DNA of 20,196 nucleotides, from the NCBI GenBank assembly GCA_041497895.1, contig JBGQHJ010000092.1, forward strand, positions 1-20,196. The letters run 5' to 3'. The translations under genes were made by a program, and so were the position numbers. This document shows positions 8,194 through 20,196 of the stretch, in pieces (position 1 is the stretch's first letter; the number at the start of each line of letters is the position of its first letter). Under the pieces are notes generated by a model that saw only the letters and a list, made by a program, of their open reading frames with translations, did no database searches and was not told the origin of the DNA. Origin of the DNA: Candidatus Methylomirabilia bacterium (GTDB taxonomy: Bacteria > Methylomirabilota > Methylomirabilia > Rokubacteriales > CSP1-6).

Positions 8194-8966
8194 CAGAACA
8201 TGAAGAGGAAGAGCTTCGTGATGAAGAAGTCCGAGATGATCACGCCCATGGCCACCTGCACCACCGTGGCGGTGGTGGAGCGTCCGAGCCCCTCGGTGCC
8301 GCCCTCGGTGGCGAGCCCGTTGTAGCAGCCGATCAGGGTGACCAGGGCCCCGAAGACGACGCTCTTGCCGATCCCGCTCAGGAAGTCCTTGATCACCACC
8401 CAGTAGCTGATGGTGTTCCAGTAGAGATACGGGTCGACGTTGCGATCGAACACGGCGATCAGCATACCTCCGAGCAGGCCCATTCCGTCGGCCAGGATCG
8501 TGACCAGCGGGAAGACCAGCACCGCGGCCATCAGCCGGGGGACGATCAGCTTCTTGATGTAGTTGACCCCGAGGGCCCGGAGCGCGTCGATCTGCTCGGT
8601 GACCTTCATGGAGCCCAGCTCGGCGGTGATGCCCGAGGCCACCTTGCCGCCGACCAGGATCGCGGTGAGCACCGGACCCAGCTCGCGCAGGATGGAGAGC
8701 GCGACCACCGGGCCCACGTAGTTCTCCGCGCCGAACCGGGCCATGTTCACCGCGGTCTGCAACGCCAGCACCATCCCGGTGAAGAGCGCGGCGGTGAGGG
8801 CCACCGTGAGCGATCGCACCCCGACGATGTCGATCTCGCGGGCGACCAGCCAGAAATACGCGGGCGGCAGCGTGAGGTTGCGGGCCACCCGCATGGCGAG
8901 CAGCCCGAGGCCGCCGTACCACACCGCCGACTCGCGCAGGTGCCGCCTCAGATCCTGGGCCAACAT
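8190..8966 (-). CDS. ABC transporter permease, MlaE family
   Basis: Motifs ALFTGMVLALQ, LRELGPVLTAILVGGKVASGITAELGSMKVTEQIDAL, LIVPRL, KSVVFG and GGTEGLGRSTT. ATG 8966 overlaps the lipoprotein stop (TGATG). Confidence 0.94.
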   Translation of the reverse strand: MLAQDLRRHLRESAVWYGGLGLLAMRVARNLTLPPAYFWLVAREIDIVGVRSLTVALTAALFTGMVLALQTAVNMARFGAENYVGPVVALSILRELGPVLTAILVGGKVASGITAELGSMKVTEQIDALRALGVNYIKKLIVPRLMAAVLVFPLVTILADGMGLLGGMLIAVFDRNVDPYLYWNTISYWVVIKDFLSGIGKSVVFGALVTLIGCYNGLATEGGTEGLGRSTTATVVQVAMGVIISDFFITKLFLFMFW

Positions 8967-9469
8967 CAGCGTCCCTCCAGGGCGAAGCTCTCGACCAGGG
9001 CCCGGAACGCGGGACGTCCCGTGTCGAACGTGATGGTCGGCGCCACGTAGAGGAAGTCGTGCACGCACGGCTGGGCCCGCAGGACCAGGGCTTCGACCGT
9101 GACGTCGCGGCCGTCGGCCTGGCCCCGCACCACCGATCTCACCGCCTCCCGCCCGGCCACCGTGGTCGTCCCGTTCTCGAGCACCTCCCGCCGGGTGAGG
9201 CCGAAGGTCAGGTGACGGGCCAGCACGTCGAGCGGGCGAGACGGCTCGCGCCCCGCGCAGGTGGCGTCGACCAGCATCCCGCCCGGCCCCGCCTCGTCCT
9301 GCAGCGAGAGATCCGCCCGCGGGCCCTCGTCCACCTTCCAGCCGCTCGCCGGTAACGTCACCCGATAGCCTTTCGCGGAATGGTAGACCCCGTTCTCGAT
9401 GCGGCCGGCGGCGGTGGCGCAGCCGGCCAGGAGGGCGACCGCGGCGAGCAGCGCGTGCCGGGGAATCAC
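8966..9469 (-). CDS. Uncharacterised lipoprotein (possible PsbP/Mog1/DcrB-like fold)
   Basis: Signal peptide [17 protein letters not shown] with lipobox LAGC; coupled to hisIE (GTGA) and mlaE (TGATG). Segments [19 protein letters not shown] and FRALVESF resemble PsbP-like proteins; the fold call is inference. Confidence 0.8.
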   Translation of the reverse strand: MIPRHALLAAVALLAGCATAAGRIENGVYHSAKGYRVTLPASGWKVDEGPRADLSLQDEAGPGGMLVDATCAGREPSRPLDVLARHLTFGLTRREVLENGTTTVAGREAVRSVVRGQADGRDVTVEALVLRAQPCVHDFLYVAPTITFDTGRPAFRALVESFALEGR

Positions 9470-10106
9470 TTACCCTTCTCGTGCCGGGCGGCCAACTCCT
9501 CGAACACCCGGCGCAGGGGGATGCCGCGCGCGCTCAGCAGCACCATGGTGTGGAACCACAGGTCCGCGACCTCGGAGACCACGCGTCCGTCGCCCTCGCC
9601 GCCGAGCGCCGCGGTCATGACCTCGGCCGCCTCCTCGCCGATCTTGCGGCAGATCTGCGGCTGGCCCTTCTGGAAGAGCGAGGCCACGTACGATCCGGGC
9701 GGCGGCGCCACCTTGCGTGACTCGAGCACGCGCTCGAGGATCTCCAGCATGGCCGGTCCCGCGCCCGCGGGGGCCGGCTGGCCCTCGCCCTCGCCCAGGC
9801 GGGTGAAGAAGCAGCTCCGCGCGCCGGTGTGGCAGGCCACCCCGTCCTGGTGCACCTGGACCAGCAGGGTGTCGCGGTCACAGTCGGCGTAGATCCCATC
9901 CACGTGCTGGGCGTGCCCGGACGTCTCGCCCTTGCGCCAGAGCGACTGGCGGGAGCGCGACCAGAAGTGAGTGAGGCCCGAGCGCCGCGTCGCCTCGAGG
10001 GCGTCCCGGCTCATCCACGCCACCATCAGGACCTGGCCGGTCTCGGTGTCCTGCACGACGGCGGGGATCAGCCCCTGTGCGTCCCAGGTGAACTCGTCGG
10101 GCGCGC

Positions 10107-10110
<4 letters not shown>
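9466..10110 (-). CDS. hisIE: Bifunctional phosphoribosyl-AMP cyclohydrolase / phosphoribosyl-ATP pyrophosphatase
   Basis: HisI motifs [33 protein letters not shown] and [11 protein letters not shown]; HisE motifs [15 protein letters not shown] and [11 protein letters not shown] 10110 overlaps the hisF stop (GTGA). Confidence 0.96.
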
Positions 10111-10871
<761 letters not shown>

Positions 10872-10873
10872 GA

Positions 10874-11593
10874 CTACTGCACGTCCGCGACCGCGGTGGC
10901 GAGGTCCACCGCGCCGCTGTAGAGGGCTCGGCCCACGATGACCCCGGCCAGCCCGGCCACCGTCGCGAGCTGGCGGATGTCGTCGAGCGAGCCGACGCCG
11001 CCGGAGGCGAAGACCGGGATGCCGGCGGCCTGGGCCACCGCCGCGGTGCTCCAGAGATTGGGCCCGGTCTGGGTGCCGTCGCGTGCGATGTCGGTGTAGA
11101 CGATGCCGGCCGCCCCGGCCGCCGCGGCGTCGCGCGCGAGCGCGATCGCGTCCAGGTCGAGCACCCGGGTCCATCCGTCGACCGCCACCCGCCCGTCGGA
11201 GGCGTCGATGCCGATCATGACGTGCTCGCCGAAGCGATCGCAGACCGCCCCCAGGAACGCGGGGTCGAGCGCGGCGCGCGTTCCCACGATGGCCCACCGG
11301 GCGCCCGCCTCCAGCACCGCCTCCACGTCGGCGAGCTCGCGCAGGCCGCCCCCCACCTGCACCGGGATCGAGACGGCCTCGATCATCGCGCGCACCAGCT
11401 CGGTCTGGGCCGGGCGGCCCGCGAAGGCCCCGTCGAGGTCCACGACGTGAAGACGCCGCGCCCCGGCGTCCTGCCAGCGGCGCGCCATCGCCACCGGGTC
11501 GTCGGAGAACACGGTCTCCGCGTCGGCGCGGCCCTGCACGAGCCGGACGCAGCGGCCCGCCTTGAGGTCGACCGCCGGGACGATCGCGAACAT
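10874..11593 (-). CDS. hisA: ProFAR isomerase
   Basis: [48 protein letters not shown] and GVIVGRALY motifs. Start ATG 11593. Confidence 0.96.
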   Translation of the reverse strand: MFAIVPAVDLKAGRCVRLVQGRADAETVFSDDPVAMARRWQDAGARRLHVVDLDGAFAGRPAQTELVRAMIEAVSIPVQVGGGLRELADVEAVLEAGARWAIVGTRAALDPAFLGAVCDRFGEHVMIGIDASDGRVAVDGWTRVLDLDAIALARDAAAAGAAGIVYTDIARDGTQTGPNLWSTAAVAQAAGIPVFASGGVGSLDDIRQLATVAGLAGVIVGRALYSGAVDLATAVADVQ

Positions 11594-11604
11594 GGCGGAG
11601 GCGC

Positions 11605-12219
11605 TCAGCGGCGATCGCGGACGAGCGCCGCGAAGTTCTCCAGCAGCCGGATGCCCCAGCGCTGGCTCTTCTCCGGGTGGAACTGGGTGGCGAAGAGCGA
11701 TCCGCGCGCGACCGCGGCCGGGAAGGTGACCCCGTAGGCGCACGTCGCCACCTGGAGCGACGCGTCGGTGGGCTCCGGATAGTAGGAGTGGACGAAGTAG
11801 AAGTTCGCCCCGCTCGGGATACCGTCGAAGAGCGGCATGTCGCCGCGGTGCTCGACCTGGTTCCAGCCCATGTGCGGCACCTTGAGCGTGGACGGGAAGC
11901 GGCGCACCGCGCCCGGGATCACGTCGAGGCCCTTGCCCTGGCCGAACTCCTCGCTCTCGGTGAAGAGGAGCTGGTAGCCGAGGCAGATGCCCAGGAACGG
12001 ACGCGCCCGCTCGAGGCATGCTCGGACCGGCGCGATCAGCCCTCGGGCCTGCAGCGCGTCCATCGCGTCGTGGAAGGCGCCGTCGCCGGGCAGCACCACC
12101 GCCTCTGCGTCGTCGACGACCACCGGATCCTCGGTCACCACCGCGGGCATCCCGACGCGCGCGAAGGCCTTCTCCACGCTCCCGAGGTTGCCGCGCCCGT
12201 AGTCCAGGATTGCGATCAT
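11605..12219 (-). CDS. hisH: Imidazole glycerol phosphate synthase glutaminase subunit
   Basis: [14 protein letters not shown], nucleophile motif [26 protein letters not shown] and QFHPEKS. GAGG SD-like sequence upstream. Confidence 0.97.
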   Translation of the reverse strand: MIAILDYGRGNLGSVEKAFARVGMPAVVTEDPVVVDDAEAVVLPGDGAFHDAMDALQARGLIAPVRACLERARPFLGICLGYQLLFTESEEFGQGKGLDVIPGAVRRFPSTLKVPHMGWNQVEHRGDMPLFDGIPSGANFYFVHSYYPEPTDASLQVATCAYGVTFPAAVARGSLFATQFHPEKSQRWGIRLLENFAALVRDRR

Positions 12220-12371
12220 GCAGTCGCCTCGACCGGCGGCGGCGCGTATGCGCTGACTTCTTTTTCTGAGCGCGCGCGCGTCAGTTTGTCCAGGCTGCGG
12301 TTTGGCCTCTTCGGGCCTTTGGCCCTCATCGGGGCGGCGCGGCGACCCGTGCTCCGCATGGACTCGCTCAC
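12216..12371 (-). CDS. Putative 51-aa small ORF filling the hisB-hisH gap (may be a translated linker or a repeat element)
   Basis: GTG 12371 overlaps the hisB stop (GTGA) and TGA 12216-12218 overlaps the hisH ATG (ATGA); in-frame ATGs at 12359 and 12329. Peptide [51 protein letters not shown], no recognised family. Absent from the ORF track, apparently because of its length. Confidence 0.4.
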   Translation of the reverse strand: MSESMRSTGRRAAPMRAKGPKRPNRSLDKLTRARSEKEVSAYAPPPVEATA

Positions 12372-12981
12372 AGGCTGCCCTTAGTGGAGAGGATGCCCGT
12401 GATTCGAGGGTTGAGGCGGGTGGCCTCGGCGAGGGCGCGGCCGGCCGCCTTGAAGGTGGCCTCCGCGATGTGGTGCAGGTTCTCGCCGTAGTGCATGTTG
12501 AGGTGCAGCGTGATCTCGGCGTTGACCGCCACCGCGCGGAAGAAATCCTTGAGCAGGTCGAGATCGAAGTTGGCGATCCGCGTCCGCTGCAGCGGTACGT
12601 TGAACACGAGGTACGGCCGGCCCGAGATGTCCACCGCCGCGTGCAGCAGGGCCTCGTCCATGGGCAGGAACGACGCGCCGTAGCGCACGATCCCCTTCTT
12701 GTCCCCCACCGCCTCGCGCAGGGCCTTCCCGAGGCAGATGCCGACGTCCTCCACCGTGTGGTGGAGATCGACGTCGAGGTCGCCCTTGGCGTCCACCTGC
12801 AGGTCCATCAGCGCGTGCTTGGACCACGCCTCGAGCATGTGGTTGAAGAACGGGATGCCGGTGTCGACCTTGGAGGCTCCGGTGCCGTCCAGGTTGAGAT
12901 GGAGGACGATCTGGGTCTCCTTGGTGTTGCGCTCGATTCGGCTCTGCCGCGGCTCCGCCGGCTCCGTCCTCCGCTCCCCGG

Positions 12982-12985
<4 letters not shown>
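12368..12985 (-). CDS. hisB: Imidazoleglycerol-phosphate dehydratase (monofunctional)
   Basis: RNTKETQI, TGIPFFNHML, DLHHTVEDVGI, PMDEAL, DISGRP, NLHHIAEATFKA and STKGSL motifs. ATG 12985 overlaps the hisD stop (ATGA). No phosphatase domain. Confidence 0.97.
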
Positions 12986-14291
<1,306 letters not shown>

Positions 14292-14295
<4 letters not shown>

Positions 14296-14966
14296 TTCTT
14301 GTACTTGCTCGGCTCGCCTTCAGCTACACCTCGCCCGGCCTGCCTTGCCACCTCCCGCATCGCGGTGATGAGCTGGCTCACGTGGGCGTGGGCGGTCTTG
14401 AGCGAGGCGCGGTTGACGATGAGCCGCGCGGTCGAGGTCAGGATCTCGGCCACCTCGACCAGCCCGTTCGCCCGCAGCGTCTCGCCGGACTGCACGAGAT
14501 CGACGATGCGCTCGGCCAGGCCCACCAGGGGCGCCAGCTCGATGGAGCCGTCCAGCCGGACCATCTCGACCTGGATGCCGCGCTCGGAGAAGTACGACTC
14601 GGTGAGGCGCGGGTACTTGGTGGCCACCCGCACCCAGGACCACTTGGCCGGGTCGTCGCGCTGCCACAGCTCACGCGTCTCCGCCACCACCAGGCGGCAG
14701 AAGCCGAAGCCCAGGTCGACCGGCTCGTAGACGTCGGGCTGCTGCTCGAGCAGGATGTCCTTGCCCACGATGCCGAGGTCGGCCGCACCGTGCTCCACGT
14801 AGGTCGGGACGTCGGCGGGCTTGAGCAGGATGAAGCGCAGCCCCGCCGCGTCGTCGGCCTGGAGCAGCCGCCGCGAGTCGGGCTCGAAGCCGCGGATGCC
14901 CATGCCGGCGAGCAGGGTCAGGGCGGGATCGAGCAGCCGGCCCTTGGGCAGCGCCAGGGTGAGCAT
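14292..14966 (-). CDS. hisG: ATP phosphoribosyltransferase, short form (HisGs)
   Basis: LTLALPKGRL, DVPTYVEHGAADLGIVGKD, DLGFGFCRL, VATKYP, GSIELAP and IVDLVQSGETLRANGL motifs. 224 aa with no C-terminal ACT-like domain. ATG overlaps the murA stop (TGATG). Confidence 0.96.
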
Positions 14967-16222
14967 CACTTCACCCGATCGATGGTGGCGCCGAGCGAGC
15001 GCAGCTTGACCTCGAGCCGCTCGTAGCCGCGATCCAGGTGGTAGACGCGCGAGATATCCGTGGTGCCGCGGGCCGCGAGGCCGGCCAGCACCAGCGAGGC
15101 GGAGGCCCGCAGGTCGGTGGCCATGACCGGGGCACCCTGGTAGTAGCGGACGCCGCGCACCATCGCGATCGATCCCTCCGCGTCGATGCGCGCGCCCATG
15201 CGGGAGAGCTCGGCCGCGTGCATGAACCGGTTCTCGAAGATGGTCTCGGTGATCTTGCTGATCCCGTCGGCCAAGCCGAGCAGGGCCATGAACTGGGCCT
15301 GCATGTCGGTGGGGAAGCCGGGGAACGGGCTCGTGATGATGTCGGCCGCCTTCGGGCGGGCCGGGCCCTGGCAGCGGATGCGGTCGCCGGACACCGTCAC
15401 CACCGCTCCGCACTCCTCGAGCTTGGAGAGCATGGCCGACATGTGCCGGGGCTCTGCCCCCACCACCGTCACGTCGCCGCCGGTGATGGCCGCGGCCACC
15501 AGCAGGGTCCCCGCCTCGATGCGGTCCGGAATCACGCGGTGCCGGGCGCCGCCCAGCTCCGAAACCCCCTCGATCTCGAGGCGCTCGGTGCCCGCGCCCT
15601 CGATGCGCGCCCCCATCGCGGAGAGCAGCCGGGCCAGGTCCGTCACCTCCGGCTCCCGCGCCGCGTTCTCGATGACGGTGGTGCCCTCCGCCAGCGCGGC
15701 CGCCATCATGAGGTTCTCGGTGCCGGTGACCGTAACCAGGTCGGTGGTGATGCGCGCGCCCTTGAGCCGGCTCGCCCGCGCCTCCACGTAGCCGTTACGG
15801 ATGAAGACCTCGGCCCCGAGCTTCTGGAAGCCCTTCAGGTGCTGATCGATCGGGCGCACCCCGATCGCGCAGCCACCCGGCAGCGCCACCTTGGCGAGGC
15901 CGGTCCGCGCGAGCAGTGGGCCCAGCACGAGCACCGAGGCCCGCATGGTCGAGACCAGCTCGTAGGGCGCCTCGTTGCTGGTGACCGCCGCCACGTGCAC
16001 GCGCGTGCTGCCGTCGGCGTCGGTCGTGATCACGCCGCCCAGCTGCTCGAGCAGGGAGCGGGTGGTGTTCACGTCGGCGAGCGCGGGCACGTTCTCCAGC
16101 ACCACCGGCTCCGCGGTGAGCAGCGCCGCGCAGAGGGCGGGCAGCGCCGCGTTCTTGGCCGCGCTCACCGGCACGTCGCCCCGGAGCGGCGCGCCTCCCT
16201 GGACCACCAGCTTCGTCGCCAT
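14966..16222 (-). CDS. murA: UDP-N-acetylglucosamine 1-carboxyvinyltransferase
   Basis: [36 protein letters not shown] (active-site Cys), [36 protein letters not shown] and HLDRGYE motifs. ATG 16222 overlaps the prmC stop. Confidence 0.97.
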   Translation of the reverse strand: MATKLVVQGGAPLRGDVPVSAAKNAALPALCAALLTAEPVVLENVPALADVNTTRSLLEQLGGVITTDADGSTRVHVAAVTSNEAPYELVSTMRASVLVLGPLLARTGLAKVALPGGCAIGVRPIDQHLKGFQKLGAEVFIRNGYVEARASRLKGARITTDLVTVTGTENLMMAAALAEGTTVIENAAREPEVTDLARLLSAMGARIEGAGTERLEIEGVSELGGARHRVIPDRIEAGTLLVAAAITGGDVTVVGAEPRHMSAMLSKLEECGAVVTVSGDRIRCQGPARPKAADIITSPFPGFPTDMQAQFMALLGLADGISKITETIFENRFMHAAELSRMGARIDAEGSIAMVRGVRYYQGAPVMATDLRASASLVLAGLAARGTTDISRVYHLDRGYERLEVKLRSLGATIDRVK

Positions 16223-17147
16223 CAGCAGCCCTCCCGTCTCGCCGCGCCGGACGCGCAGCCGGCGAGGGTCGTCGCGGCCTGCTCCCAGCGGCCGCCGATG
16301 TAGCGCTCGACCCCGTTGAGGTCCCGACGGGCGCGGATTCCGGAGAACCCCTCGGCCGCCATCAGGGAGGCGAGCGGGCCGGCCTGGTCCTCGCCGATCT
16401 CCATCAGGAGCCAGCCGGCCGGCTTGAGCACCGCCGGCGCTCCCGCCACGATCCGCCGGATCACGCTCATGCCGTCCGGCCCGCCGTCCAGCGCGGCGCG
16501 CGGCTCGTGGCGCGAGACCTCGGGCGGCAGCGAGGCGATCACCGCGCTCGGCAGGTAGGGCGGGTTGGCCACCACCAGGTCCAGGCTCGCGGGAATCGAG
16601 CCGAGGGGCGCGAACAGGTCGCCGGCCAGGAGCCGGACGCGCGCGCCGAGCCCGAGCTCGCGCACGTTGCGCGAGGCCACCGCGAGGGCGCCGCCCGAGA
16701 GCTCGACCGCCAGCACCTCGGCGGTGGGGCGGGCGTGCGCGATCGCGCACGCGATGGCCCCGCTGCCGGTGCCGAGGTCGGCCACCACCGGCTCCGGGCG
16801 GTCGGCCAGGATCTCGAGCGCCCACTCGACCAGCCCTTCCGTCTCGGGCCGGGGCACCAGCACGTCGGAGGACACCGCGAGCCGCAGGCCGTGGAAGTCC
16901 TCCCACCCGAGCAGGTACTGCAGCGGCTCGCGCGCGGCCCGCCGCTCGATCTGGCCGAGGAATCGGGTGATGGTCGGGGTGGAGAGTCGACGGGCGGGAT
17001 CCAGGTAGAGGGTGAAGCGGTCGACGCCCAGCAGCCCGGCCAGCAGCCACTCGGCTTCCGGCCGCGCGGTCTCGATCCCGGCCGCCTCCAGCGCGGCGGT
17101 GCCGCGGGTGAGCAGCGCGGGGACGGTGCGATCCGCAGCGATCCCGA

Positions 17148-17151
<4 letters not shown>
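16222..17151 (-). CDS. prmC: Release factor glutamine methyltransferase PrmC/HemK
   Basis: [36 protein letters not shown] and ALDGGPDG motifs. GTG 17151 overlaps the prfA stop (GTGA). Confidence 0.95.
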
Positions 17152-18218
<1,067 letters not shown>

Positions 18219-18333
18219 GGGACTGCCTCAGGGACCGGCACACGGGAGACGGCGCCGCCGCGGCGAGAAACGACCAGGAATCAGGTGCTGCCGAGTGTGC
18301 GGCTCGGAGCGCGGAGCGGCGCCGAGCCCGGCC

Positions 18334-18549
18334 CTACCCTTCCGTGCGGCTCTTCCTCTTGTACTTCTGCTGGAAGCGCTCGACGCGCCCGGCCGTGTCG
18401 AGGAACCTCTGCTTCCCGGTGAAGAAGGGATGGCACTTGGAGCAGACCTCCACCTTGATGGTCGGCACGGTGGAGCGGGTGTGGATGACCTCCCCGCAGT
18501 TGCAGGTGATCGTGGTGTCAATGTAGTCCGGATGAATGCCAGCCTTCAC
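18334..18549 (-). CDS. rpmE: 50S ribosomal protein L31 (Zn-binding type A)
   Basis: [13 protein letters not shown] and [24 protein letters not shown] motifs. GTG start with SD AGGAGGT at 18555-18561. Confidence 0.97.
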   Translation of the reverse strand: MKAGIHPDYIDTTITCNCGEVIHTRSTVPTIKVEVCSKCHPFFTGKQRFLDTAGRVERFQQKYKRKSRTEG

Positions 18550-18574
18550 GGCGCACCTCCTAAATGGGTTTCAG

Positions 18575-18603
18575 AGCATAGCAGGGTGAGCGCGAAAAGG
18601 CAA
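18575..18603 (-). promoter_or_regulatory. sigma70-type promoter upstream of rpmE
   Basis: Minus strand TTGCCT (18603-18598), 17-nt spacer ending TGC (extended -10), TATGCT (18580-18575), followed by a short leader and a strong SD. Confidence 0.75.
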
Positions 18604-18657
18604 AAATGGGCGGCTTGGCGAGCGGCAGCCGAAGGCGGGGCGAGCGGATCCGGAGTC

Positions 18658-19911
<1,254 letters not shown>

Positions 19912-20088
19912 CCGCTTTCCTCCTGCGCCGACCACCGTGCTCGGTTCGGTGGCGATGGGCTCCGGGGCAGACGGCTTGGGCGAGGGACGCTTCGGGCTAC
20001 GCTCTGAGGAAGAGATGGTCGTTCTCCGGCGGGTTGCGTGTGTTCAGATGTGCTCTGTAAGGAGGTTGGGTGCCGTGCTACGCGAATC

Positions 20089-20118
20089 ACTGTCCCATAC
20101 GCTTTCCCGCCCTGTCAA
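20089..20118 (-). promoter_or_regulatory. Probable sigma70-type promoter for rho
   Basis: Perfect TTGACA (20118-20113), 18-nt spacer ending TGG (extended -10), weak -10 GACAGT (20094-20089). Implies a leader of about 170 nt to the rho ATG. Confidence 0.55.
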
Positions 20119-20141
20119 CTGCGATTTTCCCCGCCGTGCGG

Positions 20142-20196
20142 CGCTTCACATCCGCCGCTTCACATCCGCCGCTTCACATCCGCCGCTTCACATCCG
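20142..20196. repeat. Perfect 14-bp tandem repeat (CGCTTCACATCCGC)n, truncated by the window edge
   Basis: Units at 20142-20155, 20156-20169, 20170-20183, plus 13 of 14 nt at 20184-20196. Confidence 0.95.

Noticed and set aside
11594..11608. In-frame CTG overlapping the hisH stop (CTGA) as an alternative hisA start, since no SD precedes ATG 11593
   Set aside because: Reinitiation across an 11-nt gap explains the ATG adequately; nothing else supports a CTG start.
12288..12332. Calling the hisB-hisH element an active hammerhead ribozyme
   Set aside because: Core deviates (C at U4, extra G after GAA, G at the cleavage-site position) and no convincing stem I can be drawn; kept only as a structured-RNA candidate.
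20058..20196. Plus-strand TAAGGAGGT followed by GTG 20075 and a frame open to the window edge
   Set aside because: Codon usage is unlike the real genes, it runs across the rho promoter and the 14-bp repeat, and the SD is equally explained as the complement of the leader's anti-SD; cannot be supported without more sequence.
20142..20196. CRISPR array
   Set aside because: Repeats are 14 bp, head-to-tail, with no spacers and no cas genes in the window.

Overview
High-GC bacterial core-genome segment with all supported genes on the minus strand. In transcription order (right to left): rho, rpmE (L31), prfA, prmC, murA, hisG (short form), hisD, hisB, a 148-nt insert carrying a possible 51-aa small ORF, hisH, hisA, hisF, hisIE, an uncharacterised lipoprotein, mlaE-mlaF-mlaD-like (MCE ABC transporter), radA, a PIN/TRAM membrane protein (YacL-like), ispD, ispF, cysS, rlmB, then tRNA-Thr(UGU), tRNA-Tyr(GUA) and tRNA-Gly(UCC). 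From prfA to rlmB nearly every junction is a 1- or 4-nt start/stop overlap. Sigma70-like promoters are visible before rho, rpmE and the tRNA cluster, and a 14-bp tandem repeat runs off the right edge. No mobile element, CRISPR array or defence system is seen. GC content and gene order suggest a diderm such as Rokubacteria/Methylomirabilota or a deltaproteobacterium-like lineage (inference only). The most interesting non-routine signals are: the structured hisB-hisH insert, whose ORF is coupled to both neighbours; a possible AUC-initiated N-terminal extension of Rho inside a C-rich leader with an anti-SD; a lipoprotein coupled to an MlaEFD module with no MlaC/MlaA in the window; and a Pro/Arg pentapeptide-repeat tail on RlmB.
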